The notes under the pieces were generated by a model. It had not been told where the DNA came from and made no database searches. It saw only the letters and a program-made list of their open reading frames with translations. From Gekko japonicus (taxonomy: Eukaryota): a stretch of 64,000 bases of DNA. The translations under genes and the position numbers were made by a program. Below are positions 48,467 through 60,959 of this stretch, piece by piece. The stretch's first letter is position 1; every line of letters begins with the position of its first letter. The stretch covers positions 1,533,562 to 1,597,561 of the forward strand of contig NW_015162476.1 of the NCBI RefSeq assembly GCF_001447785.1, written 5' to 3'.

Positions 48467-48524
48467 ATGTCTGAACAGAAGGCGCTGGATCCGAAGTTAT
48501 CGACGACGGAGAGGGTGGTGAAAG
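48467..48524 (+). CDS. PPP3CA: Coding exon 1 of calcineurin A alpha (protein phosphatase 3 catalytic subunit alpha); the rest of the gene lies beyond the window
   Basis: ATG at 48467 gives MSEQKALDPKLSTTERVVK plus 1 nt, followed by donor G|GTAAGA at 48525. This closely matches the mammalian PPP3CA N-terminus MSEPKAIDPKLSTTDRVVK(A) with a phase-1 intron, and it sits in a CpG island. Confidence 0.96.
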
Positions 48525-51500
48525 GTAAGAGGTGAGCCGGGCTGCCCGGCCGGCCGACTGACGGGGCGCGCGGGGGGGGGGGGCCTCCCCCGGCTTCTCT
48601 CCGGCAGCGAGGCGGGCGGGAGGCCNNNNNNNNNNNNNNNNNNNNNNNNNNNNNNNNNNNNNNNNNNNNNNNNNNNNNNNNNNNNNNNNNNNNNNNNNNN
48701 NNNNNNNNNNNNNNNNNNNNNNNNNNNNNNNNNNNNNNNNNNNNNNNNNNNNNNNNNNNNNNNNNNNNNNNNNNNNNNNNNNNNNNNNNNNNNNNNNNNN
48801 NNNNNNNNNNNGGGCGGGGGAGAGCGGGATGGATCTGGCCCCGGCGGGTCTGCGTGCGGGTCCCTTTCTGTTGCCCCCTTCGCCACTGCCTTGGGCGGGA
48901 TCTCTCCCCACGAATCCTCCCGCTGCTCCTCTCTCGCGTTCTTTCTCTCTCGCTACATTGCAGCAGTTTCCCTCCCTCCCTCCCTCCCTCCGCCTTGAGT
49001 GACTGCACGCGGCTCGCGAGAGGCAGATAGGGGTGGGGGTGGGAGGCAGGGAGGAGAAGGAAACCCCCCGCTTTGCGGCTGGAAGATCCGGAGGAGGAGG
49101 AGGAGGAGGAGGGAAGCGCAGCAGATCTCCCTTTTCCCCTCCCCACCCTCCTCTTTCTCCAGTGCCTTTCTTCGGGCATTTCCACCTTCCCGCCGCCCAT
49201 CCTTGGGGTGGGTGGAGGGTGGCCCGCTTGGGGCGCCGCCGCCGCGGGCTCTGCGTGAGATTCGTCTCCCGAAATGCGTCCCAGTTTTCCAGCCGAGAGA
49301 ACCGTGCCTGACTATGGCTGGTGGTTTTGACAGCTGGGTCTTCCCCCCCGCCCCCCGCCGCCATTGCTTTGCTTTTTCTCGCACTAACATCCAGCTTGAC
49401 AACCTGGAGGTCGCGGCTGATCTATGGTGGGGGCGGCAGAGGGGAAGGCACGGGTGGGGGGGTTTCCTTGCTGCTCCCTTTTGGGCCACTTCTCTATTTA
49501 CAAGAGAAGTGTGCTNNNNNNNNNNNNNNNNNNNNNNNNNCGGCCCTCCTCCCCTTTGTCTGGTTTCCCCAGCCAGGGCTGGTGTGGAAGCAGAGGGTGA
49601 AGCTCCGCAGCAACCAGGGATCCTTGAGGGATCCCGTCCTGGCACCGGCTGGAGCTATGCCTTTCACGGGGGAGGAATACAGGAGATTTATCCAGGATCT
49701 CTTGGGACTGAAAGAGGTGGATGCAGATGTGCCCTCATTATAATCCCTCCAGCTACCAGAACACAGTGGAGAACAATAAATAGTTTCTTTTCTGTATCCT
49801 TTCCCCCCTCCCACACTACAGTTTCTGTCAGTGATCTGCCTTGGTTTGATGTTAAAGGATGTAGCAGACATGTTTGATTGGGATCGTCCATGAGTGTGTG
49901 TATATCCACCAGTGGGATTTTTTGAGCAGAGCTTTTAAAGTGGGATATATAAGATATAAGGCATTCTTTAAATGTATTGAAAATCCTTCCCCTTATTTCT
50001 GATTAGCTGCATGTGTGTGTATATAGTGGAGAAAGCTAAATATGGCTTTTCGAAAAACTATGTGAATATAATTTTACCAACCCTAGTCACCTTTATTCCA
50101 AAAGTCCTACTGGTTTAATACCATATTATTCCAAGTGAGTATGATTGGGATTGCTGTCTTGCAGTCCAATTCTAGACGTGTTTACTTTGAAAAGCAAGTT
50201 CTTCTATTTTCGGTTTTCTTCCAAATATGTGAGTTCAGGATTGCAATGGGGGGGGGGAGAGGAATTAACTTCTTATTGAGGTCATTGGCAGCACTTCCAT
50301 TGGTTTTAATGATGCAGGATTCCACAGCTTGTATTCCTAAATGCATTTTAAGGTGAAAGGCCTATTGAAATCAGAGAGATTTGAATAGAAAGGAACATGC
50401 ATAGGATCAGACTATCAAGAGTAAACTGATTATATAAATAGGTTTTGCAGGCCAGGTTGTTTAAAATGCACTGTTGGAATACAAAGTATAAATGGTGCAT
50501 GCAGATTTTTAAGCAGGACATTGGTGGCATTTTAATCTCGTATACAGCCTTAGAGTACAGTCCTGGACAACAGGAAAAAAATAAGACCGTAATCTTGTTT
50601 GGGCTTACCTAAAAGCAAGCCTCAATGAACATAATGGGACTTCTTTCCAAGTAGGCATGGGGTGGCATCAGGCTGTTAGCCCCCTGAAACATTTGTTGCA
50701 TCACTTAATGCAACACAAACATTTTGGTTTGTGTATGGTGTCACAATATGTCAAAGATGCTGAAATATGATTACGGCATTGCGTTTTAGTTTCTTTTCTT
50801 TTTAACAGAAAGCCATAATGCTGCAAAGTGGAGTTAGCTGGAGAGGCTTGAAGTGTTGTGAAGGGTACCACACAGTTTAGAAGTAAATCCTAGAGGATTT
50901 CTCCCTTGGGAAAAAAAAATCTGACGATAAGGATGAAAATCGACTGCTTTATAAAAGCATTTAGCTTTCTATCTTTCTGCCTATGACATTATGGAGCTGA
51001 AATCCTAACACACACGTGGGAGCAATCTCTTTTAAATTCAGTTGTAAACAAATTAATTAAAGTTAAGGTCTTGACCTGTTACATCTGCACATTAGGCCAA
51101 GTGAACTATGTAATAAATTACTTGAGGCTTTGCAGAGAATGATATGACATTGCAAAAAAAAAAAGGCATACAGGGGACTAACTTTTGTATTTAATGGTTC
51201 ACTTTGCTTTCAAAAAGACATCTGTGTTCAAGCCACACTAATAAGCACGTGGCTTTCAACTCATGGTGCTATACCAAACATAATAAGAGTGCCATGGTTT
51301 GTTAATCAAGTAATATCTTGGTCAACTGAATTTTTGCCTCTTGCATGAAATATTAATCATGGAATAGAACTAGATATAAATTCTGTTCAGCATCTTTATT
51401 TGACTGACACAAAGGGGGTAGGGGATACATGTCAGCATTTTTTCAATAAGACACAGAATAATTTAACCATTTCACTTTTTCAACCCTAGCATTTAACCAG

Positions 51501-54500
51501 CTTTGAAGTATTAAATAGAGAGCCTAGGAAGAACAATGCACACTAATACTAGTATTGAAATAGGCCTATTAAATGGCTTAAATTTCATTTTTACTGTTCT
51601 AATGCAAAAAAGGAAGATAAATTAGAACAAGTCCCCTCACCCTCATAATACATCAAATGCAATTTTCCAACCATATCTAGTTTATATATGTGCATATTGC
51701 ATTCTGAGCCTGTTCATATTTATTCAGAAGTAAGTACCTCTTTATTTAAATTGGGCCTCAGTTTGTATTTCTTTCTGTTTTAGATGTCTTCCTGAAGATC
51801 TGGTTTGGAATATTTCTGCATATATTAAACTGTATTTGGTTTGTTTAAAAAACAAACAGGAACATATTTATCTATTCTCCTTGCAGTTCTTACATGAATC
51901 ATATTAACCTTATTAATGATGGCAAAAATAGATCTTGTATCAGGTCAGATATTAAGGACAGGGAGAGATAAAAATCCAGTGTAATCCCAGTGCAGCTTGG
52001 CTTTGATTTTTGTGGCTATCTCAGGAGAAAACTGCCCAGGAATTTGCCTGCTGAAAAAAAGAGAAAGTGTTAAGATATTGCTAATTTTTGAAAATTCACA
52101 GTTACCCAGCAGAAGACTGGAGGTGTTTTGTTATTACAAGAATTCATGTTTCAGTGTAACTTCTAGGTAGGCACTGTTATATAATTGCTAGTTGTGGGTT
52201 TGAGGGGGTGAAAAATACTTGCTTTCTCAAAGATTATGTTCCTGACACTCAGTGGATAACTTTTAAAGGTAGGCTGTGTTCAGTACCTAGCAATGAAAGT
52301 AAAATGTTTTCATGTAGGGGTGCTTTGGATCGGTCTAATAGTGTTGTGATATATGAATTACCACTTATATGGATTGTCACCTGTGTATAGTAGAGTCCAC
52401 ATCTTATTGATATTTTTAAATATACATTCATGGAACTACTGGTCAGTGGTGGTGCTGGAATAGATGATAGAGGCGGAACTTGGAAAGGGCACAGTAGGCA
52501 TGGAGTAGACAATCTCTAGCTTGCGTTATGGTTTCTTTTTCTGTATTGTACAAGATCAACGCCGAGGAATTTCTTCATAGTCATTTCCTTTCTTTTCTCT
52601 TTTAAAGAAGGCATCTTCAGAATTTGGTTTAACAGAGTTACCCTTCCAGCTCTTGGAAAGCACATCTTGCATGATGGTGTTGAAAATACTTGATTTTTTT
52701 TAAAAAACCAAAAATCTAACCCCTCCTCAGATTTATCCTCTGAGGGCCTACAGTAATGGGCAGAGCATTGAAAGAGGGTTATTTAATGCAGCAATGGCTA
52801 TTCCCTTTTACTTCCAAATCCCAACTGTGTTGATTGGAATTGCTCTGGAGAAGTGCTGTTGCGGATGGGGTTGGGTGGAGCCCTTCTAAAGATACTGATG
52901 TCTGTAGCCATATTGCTGGGATGTGAAATCTGTGTGTGTGTGGGCGTGTTGCAAGCAAATAAGGTATCTATTTCATTTACCAAGAGTTGCTATGGTTCAA
53001 GTCAAGCAACGATAGCCATGGTGTGATAGCCATGGTTTGAGCTTCCAAACATCCAGTTATACGTTGTATGCTTTTGTTTTTTGTCTAGCTTGTTCCATAA
53101 GTAGACCATGAAGACAGGAGTGAATCTAGCTGGAGTTGGAGTGGTTGTAGCTAAATCCAGTTTGTCCATTCAGCCACTGCACCAGTCCATATTTAGCACA
53201 ATGGCTTGCCAGACCATTTCAAACCAAACCATGATTGTGAATCCAATTCTCTAATGGATCACAAACCATGCTTTGTCAGTTCAGGTATTTTATTAAAACT
53301 TCCATAAGAATGGTTTCACAATTACTTGGTGTGGTGTCTGGTTGGCTAAGTAAGTTTCATGTCACTATTGGGCACTGAAAGAAAAGTATATACAAACAAA
53401 AAAGCTGATGGAAAACAATGCTTCTTTTTTTATTCTTAGTGGCACGCCATCATGAGAACATACATGTGTTTTGATGCATGGAGCTCTGAAATTTGCCCTG
53501 GGAGAGAGAAGCATTTCACTTTCAACTTTCTTCCAAACCACATGCAGTGGGTTGCTGGCTGACTGAATCACCTTGCCACATGACTAATTTTTCTAATGAA
53601 GTGTGTTCAAATAGTTACAGAAGTCCTTCTGAAGAAACAACTTGGTCTACTAGACTCTGGATCAAGAGCAGTAGTCTCTTGCATAACTATCTTTGAGATC
53701 CAGCCACTTGTGAATGTAATAATGTACAGCTTGTTACAGTAGTATGTACAAGGTGCTCTGTTTTGCCTTAAGGCTGGTCTCCCGCATTGGGTTTGTCCAC
53801 GTGGGTCCCATCACCCCCAACCTTTTTCATGGTCAAGAGGACTCCTCCCTCTTAAATAGTGGAAGAGTTGGTTGGATCTAACACCTTGGCATGTAAATGG
53901 AACTGAAATCAAAGGGTTTGTGCCTTTAAAAGTGAGAGTATTAAAATAAACTTTACAGTACTGTATAGGATAGCTCCAATAATCTGTTAGCTGATAGTTT
54001 ATCAGTTTTGCACAGTGTCTGAATGAAGTGTAAGAACATCCTGAACTATACAGCAGATGGAACGGGGATGAGCTTTTAATATGTTCTTCCTCTGCCATGC
54101 TGAGAGTCCCTACTTATGCACTTGGCTCAGCATTGACTTAAATGTGGTATCTGCTGCCCCCCCCCCCATTAAAGGACCTGAAATTTTGGCTTGATAGTCC
54201 CAAGTGGCAAAGCCATAGCTTTTTGGAAATTATTCCCCCCCACACACAGTGAAACTACTGAGCTGCTGACAGTACATATATGTTAACAAATATCTGAACC
54301 CTGAGAACAATTGAAATTGTTGGTACATTTCTTAACCTGGATAAACAGTCACTATGTACAATGGTCTTCAGTTGAACATTCAGCATTGGGAGGGGGGAAT
54401 TCCTGGGGCAATAATGCCACAGAAATTGGGATCCCTAGTCCCTCCCCAGTATTTGGCAAAATTGCTTTCTTTTTTTAAATATAGTAAGCAAATAAGGCTT

Positions 54501-57189
54501 TAAAAGCAGTGATGGTTCTTGTATTCACTAGGGCAGTAGCTTCTGACATCCTTTTCAGAGAATTCTTTCTGTTTTGATATGTAGGCTGCGCAGTGTTTTC
54601 TTAACATGCTAGAGGTGATGTCCGTGTGCTACAGTGAACTGTTGGCTCATTGAAAGCACTGGCTGTGACTTTTCGGGCCTTATTGTCCTCTGTGAACTGA
54701 GAGGGCTATTGGGAACAGACTCAAACTCTCTTGTGGAAGATTGGTATCTTAGGGCAAGCTGTATTGAAAGGAAACCTGTCTACAGTTATTAGCTTTCTTA
54801 CTGAGGTGCACCTGATGAGCTTCCATCAAAATCTGGGTTTCCCCTAAACACAATTTGAATACCACTGCCCTATGGCAATGGGGTTTCCCCCCAGTGGGAG
54901 GGCCTTTTGAGGGAAGCAGAGGCTATGGGAGGGGAGCTGTGTCTTTCTCCTCTCCTCTAGGGAAGCAGAGGCTATGGGAGGGGAGCTCCTCATCCTCTCC
55001 TGTCTGTGCTTTGATTGCATTCTGACTCCTCATTGCCCAGGCATGCCTCCCCAATCAGCCGTAAATGGAGTGATTTCCTATCTACTTTAAGAGATGAGTG
55101 TTTCCAAGTTAAGCTTGTTAAATGCCCACTGATTTCAGTGGGGTTTCATCATGCTTAAGTTGGGTTGAGTGACACCCATTTATTTTAGTCATTTCTGTAG
55201 CCCTTTTCAATGTGTAAAATGATTTCCACCTCTAATTTACAGTTTCTGTGGTCCCACAAGTCGATTGAGGCTATCCACTCTGTTTCATGACAGAATGGGA
55301 ATTTGAATTTGCCCCTCCCCTACAATCAAACTCAGTGTTTTGTCTTTGGTGTTCTCCCTCAAGCTCTTTTTAAAGAGCCAAACTACTTCTTCGTTTAATG
55401 GATTGTGGTTTGTTCTCCTCCATAAACTGGGTTAAGGCAACTCTGTAGGAAATAGCAGATGCTTGTTTTTGTTGTAGCTGTTTGGGGTGGGGTGGGTCCT
55501 AACACTGCCATCCCTAAGAACACTTTCTTGGGAATAAGCCCCATTGACTAGACCTGAGTAGGATTCTGAGCGGGCCTGTTTAGGATTGCTCTCTTAAGTG
55601 CTCATCTGCTTGCCTTAAGGCTGGTCTGGCTGTAACATATCCTTCTGGGGGGCTATGGGAAACTGTCTAACAGAGTTTGGTGGCATCAGGTTCCACCTCA
55701 GCCCCTAGAGTGCATGCAGGATTCCCTGACCCTGACTAATAAAAAGATGTGACAGGTCTTTCTGTTGTTACCTTGTGGACAACAGATAGACCATATATCT
55801 CCCTTGCAAGAAAAGGTCAGGGTATTAAAAAAAACCACCCCAAAAAACACTATAAATGTAACACAGAGTTGCTAAACTACTACTGAATCCGCATAACATG
55901 CTACCCAGACTCTTAGAATACAAGGAAGTGCCACATGTTTTTGGAGTGGTTGGGCCACTATGAGATCTTGAACTTTGGATGGCTGTCTGAGGTACTTCTC
56001 CTCTGGAGCCAGCTGCCTTGGAAATGCCAAGGTAGCGTGACGGTACCACTTTCATAATTCCACCTTGCCTGCATGGGGTGATNNNNNNNNNNNNNNNNNN
56101 NNNNNNNNNNNNNNNNNNNNNNNGGAAAGAGAAAATGTATTTGCTTTGCCAGTTTTGTGGGCCACGTCTTTGAGACAGGTTGAATTCAGACCAGCAGACT
56201 CCATTAGGTTATTATGCACGCTTGCCAGTTAAAAAAATAAAATGCTTACTCTTACACGCAATGCCACTGGACTAATTAGGAAGCTTTCTACTATCCTCTT
56301 AGTTCTGGATAGTCCTTTGCTTGCCACTGCCAAGAGTCTTAAGGACTGCCTTTCCTGGTTTTAAACAATGTAGCTGCTGAAAGACTACATGGTATCGAGG
56401 CTGAAGAAGACAACTGGTAAGATTTTGGATTTGGCAAGACAGCCCTTGGAGGACTGCTGTAACTGGACTTTCCAACTGTTGCTTACATAGTGCTTGTCTC
56501 GGCTTTAGTTACAGTTTGACTACAGAATTGCTCCTTAAAAAGCAGAAAAGTAACATATGTGGCTAACGTAATCCACAGAAATGGAGTGAACCAGTGCAAA
56601 CAAAATATAATTGCCTATTTAAAAACATGCATAGGTATTTTTTTTTTCATATTTAGACATAATTAGAGTTGATACATGAAGTTCCTGCTTGATTTCAGTT
56701 AGAGCTGATCTGGTTGAGGGGACAGTTTTTGCAGACGCTTTGATGAGCATCAGAAAGCACCCCGTCATCTCAAAAGGTGGCTAGATGTTACTCCTGTTCT
56801 GTAATGGGGCTCTCACTCTTGATGGGCTTCCTTTGTCCAGAGTGGCAATGGCATATAACCAAAATTTGAATAGTGCTTAGTATTGGACATATTGGAGATC
56901 CCTCATTGGCTGAGATTGCTCTGGGAAGGAAGTGTTACCTTGATGGGTAAACAGACAGGGCTAAGAACATAAGAAGGGCCGTCATGGATTGGATCAAAAG
57001 CCCATCATCTTGTTTCCTGCAGTGACTCCACTAGATGACGTCAGAAAGCCTACAGTTCCCAAAACTGCATCCTATTGTTATTCTCTATTAACTTGTATTC
57101 CAAAGTACACTCCTTCTGAACATGGAGGGTCTCATTTCATAGAAAATCATGAAATTGTCAATCCTGGTAATTTAGTAAGAACAAGCAAA

Positions 57190-57535
57190 GGGCCACGGTG
57201 GCACAGTGATTAAGACGCTTAGCTGCAGACAGGAAGGTCTGTAGTTCGGCAGTTCGAGACCCGAGTGCCATGTGACAGAGTGAGCGCCCGTCTCTGGCCC
57301 CAGCTCCTGCCAACCTAGCAGTTCAAAAGCAAGACATTGCAAGCAGATAAATAGGTACCGCTTTGGTGGGAAGGTAACAGCATTCTGTGTGCCTCGACGT
57401 TTAGTCATGCCGGCCACATGACCATGGAAATGTCTTCGGACAGCGCTGGCTCTTTGGCTTGGAAACGGAGATGAGCACCGCCCCCTAGAGTTGGATTCGA
57501 CTGACTTTCATGCAAGGGAAACCTTTCCCTTTCCC
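57190..57535 (+). mobile_element. Full-length Sauria SINE in PPP3CA intron 1
   Basis: gggccacggtggcacagtg head to aaacctttccctttccc tail, with a ~14-bp TSD taagaaca.g.aaa. Confidence 0.9.
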
Positions 57536-58444
57536 TAAGAACATGAAAAGGATTAACCATAAGATTCATAATAGGTAAATGTTCTCTAAGAGGTTTTTTT
57601 GAGACGGAAGGGATATATCTGGTCCCCTTAAAGGCAGTACTTGCAACCCTGGAACTGGGAACCACGACAGTGGGAGATGTTTAAAACATGTCCTTTGTTG
57701 TTGTGTTCGAATGGGATTGGAAGTATCTACATTTTGTTAGATCCTGCTTTTTGAGCCTCAGTCTACAGAAGTGTTAATCACAATTATATAGCCCAATTCT
57801 TCCTCTTCCCCCTTCACCCCAGCCAGTTAATGCTAATTTCTCATGACACCTGTGTAATTGGTGCAGTTGCCCTTCTGCTGCAGTGTTCTTTCTTTTTTTT
57901 AAAATTCTTTAACATAGAAACATGCAGTTCTGGGAATGTAGGAAAGGTCCATTAAAATTCACGACACTTGGCAAAAGCTTATTATTTGTAGTTATAATTA
58001 TCAGCTTGTTCTTCGTTGCAGAGAACTGTAGAAAGCAGTTGCTGCTTAACTGTTTTCCATTACTTCCTGTATGAGTGGTATTTCTAGGCGCCAAAGTCAC
58101 AAATTGCCCACTTCCTTATTGCTCAACACATGCACAGAACAGTGATCCACTCTCGCATCTAAGCACATTATGCAGAATAACTGCAGACTTTTGGACTCTT
58201 CTAGAAGGCCTTGAAACATATTTTGTCTCTTTGGTCTCCCTTGACCTTCTCCATTGTATGTAACTAGATTAAGAGTTCTGAGGACCTTAAAAGATTGTGC
58301 TCACTATTTTATGATATTGGGGTGGTCTTAATAAAATAAATTGCATTTTGGATTTCCCCCCAGGATCAACATGTCTACCTTCATTTTTCTCTATGTGGAT
58401 TAAGCTTCACTGAATCTAGTTGCGTCTGATGTGTATGTCCTTAG

Positions 58445-58562
58445 GGTGTAAAGGAGTAGTAGTAAGTAATTGCATCTTAAGGATATGGTTCTCAAAGTGG
58501 GCGGTGTAAAGGAGTAGTAGTAAGTAATTGCAGCAGCTTAAGGAGATGGTTCTCAAAGTGGG
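58445..58562. repeat. ~59-bp tandem duplication; other short local duplications at 13650-13722, 16370-16431, 54909-54988 and 63917-63991
   Basis: ggtgtaaaggagtagtagtaagtaattgca..cttaagga.atggttctcaaagtggg occurs twice. Confidence 0.9.
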
Positions 58563-60337
58563 TTGTGGTCTTCTTACAGGTGGCTCACTATGTTTTTGTA
58601 GTTGAATGCAACATCCTGGCGAGCCTCTCTGGCCAGCTCTACTCGTCTCAGTAGGTATGTCAAGTCACCAAGGAGCCAGCTGGGATGTTGTAGTTGCTAT
58701 GGTAACTTCATTGCCTTGGCCAAACCTGGAAGACCCATCATCATTCCTCTTAGCAGGCCTTTCAGGCCCATGGAGAAAGATGGAAGCAAAGCTGCCAAGG
58801 CTGAAGAAGCCTAGTGGAACATTGTACTTGTTGTGGTGGCCCTAGAATACAGGCCAGTGTCTCAAGCCTTGATGGCACCACCACCACTTCCCTATCAGCA
58901 GGCCTGACACACTGAGAAACGTGGCAGAAAAGCCTGCCAGAGACCTGTGGTCACTGCTGAAAGTTAATTTGGAATGCTTGCTCAGTTTGTTATTGGTAAG
59001 GAGGAGGATATGGCCCAGGCTAGCCCTATCTTGTCAGGTCTCGGAAGCTAAGCAGGGTTGTCCCTGATTAGAATTTGGATGGAAGACAGCTAAGGTAGTC
59101 CAGGGTCGCTACACAGAGTCAGGCAGTGGCAAACCACCTCTGAATATCTCTTGCCTTGATAACCCCATGGGGGTCACCATAAGTTGGCTGCATCTTGAGA
59201 CACTTTCCACCACAAAGGAAGAAGTATCTGCTATGATTTCCTCATAGGAGCCCTCTCTGGAGTTAGATTGGAGAGTAAAACTTGAAAACGTATGCCGTCT
59301 CACACAAAGACATCTGAACTGCCAATCTCCGATCTGAGTTATTAGCTCTAGCTGTTGCCAGGACAATAACTAAAACTGAGCACATGCTGATCTGCAGATA
59401 TATGAGTGTGCACTGTTAAATCATGTGAGGTTCTTGTGTTTTATGTTCGTGATAGGGAGCAGAATGGAATTGCTCTGTGGGTGTGTAACACAAGGTAGCG
59501 TACATTTATCAGCAGATCAGAGTTCAAAACATTTGAGAACCACTAGCTTAGGAATCAATTTGGGTAATTTTAAATTTAATCAAGGGCTATTCTGTACTGG
59601 ACTGCTTGAGCTTCTATATTCTTCAAACTATTATTACATTTAATTTTGGCTGGAAAATAAAATCTAAATGCAAAATATTGGTATCTGGGTTTGTTTGTCT
59701 TTTTGCAGTTGGAGCACTTATATGTTTCAGTTTATTTTTTAAAAAAATTCAGCTGGTAATTGGAAATGTGCCTTTGATAGTATTTAAGTGCTAAGCAACA
59801 TTATTCAAACATGATAAAGAACGCTTAGGGCTATGTTACTTATAAATCTTGTTGAAGCTACATTCATTGCTCTTTCATATCCTTCAAGAAATCTCATAAA
59901 GACAAATGAATGAAGCCACAGCTTGCAAAGGTGGATGCCACTTCAAGGAAGAATATGCCAAGTATGTTATTTATGTGGTTACATGATCACAGATTTTAAA
60001 GAAGCACCTTTTTTTGTCTTATGTCAAACAGCTTCTGAGTTTTCAGTTACCTTTTACGGAAAATGAAACAAGACCTGCACTTTTATGGTCTAATGCAAAT
60101 ATGAGCAGAGAATTAAAACACAGAATGTTTAATCCCTTCTTTTGGGATGGGGACCCTCTAAAGAAATGAAATGTTGCAGAGTATTGCTATTCTTTTTAAA
60201 ACAAAGCAAAGCTAGAGGATCAGCCTAGCTGACTTGATGCCTTGACCAGCACTTCTTGCTGTTCTCAGGCCTGGTGCCACAAGGATTTGTAGATTCTTTG
60301 TGCTGCACAGGTATGGAAACCTGCATTATTACAAAAT

Positions 60338-60551
60338 GGGTAGCCATGTTGGTCTGTCTGTAGCAGTAGAAAAGAGCAAGAGTCCTGTAGCACCTTAAAG
60401 ACTATCAAAATTTGCGGCAGGGTGTAAGCTTTCATGAGTCACTGCTCACTTCTTCAGATATCAGAAGAAGTGAGCAGTGACTCAGAAAGCTCATACCCTG
60501 CCACATACTTTGATAGTCTTTAAGGTCCAACTGGACTCTTGCTCTTTTCTA
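60338..60551. mobile_element. Head-to-head Penelope-like element ends forming a ~185-bp palindrome with minimal hammerhead cores
   Basis: Arms 60367-60459 and 60460-60551 are inverted around GATATC. The minus arm reads CTGAAGA-AGTGAGCAGTGACTCAT-GAAAGCTT. Confidence 0.8.
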
Positions 60552-60959
60552 TGTCATTATTACAGGCACTCATAGGGTTGGGTCCAGCCAGTGGAAAGGG
60601 TGGTCCAGGGGGACCACCTCTTTCCTTTTTCACCAGTGAAAAAGCTGGTTGGAGCCCACTCATAATCTTTCTCTGTGCTGCTTCTAAATCATGTGAAGAA
60701 GGCAGGCCTCTGCACTTTCCCAAAGCTCCAGGCAATGAGGTGAGACCCTATGCTGCATTTTGGCTGGGTTTTTTTTTTTAAAAAGATAGAGCAGTTGCTT
60801 CTGAGTCTCACAAAGAGGGGAACCATATGAGTACAGATAAACTGTGGGGTTTTTTTGTTTGAAATGGTTACACTGATGAGTGAAAATGTGTAACCCCAGG
60901 ATTAATGTAATTTCAGTACCTTGGGTTTGCTCTCCTCTCCCTTTACTGGGCCATTGACT

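Larger units (their letters stand above)
46770..49460. promoter_or_regulatory. CpG island containing the promoter, 5' UTR and start of intron 1 of PPP3CA
   Basis: Abrupt rise in GC and CpG content. Contains GGC/GAG-rich leader runs, GC boxes (ccgcccccgcccgc ~47242) and poly-G tracts, and spans the first coding exon. Confidence 0.9.

Noticed and set aside
48307-49877. Long ORFs of 230-326 aa around the CpG island
   Set aside because: They run through N gaps and GC-rich low-complexity sequence, with no recognisable domain.
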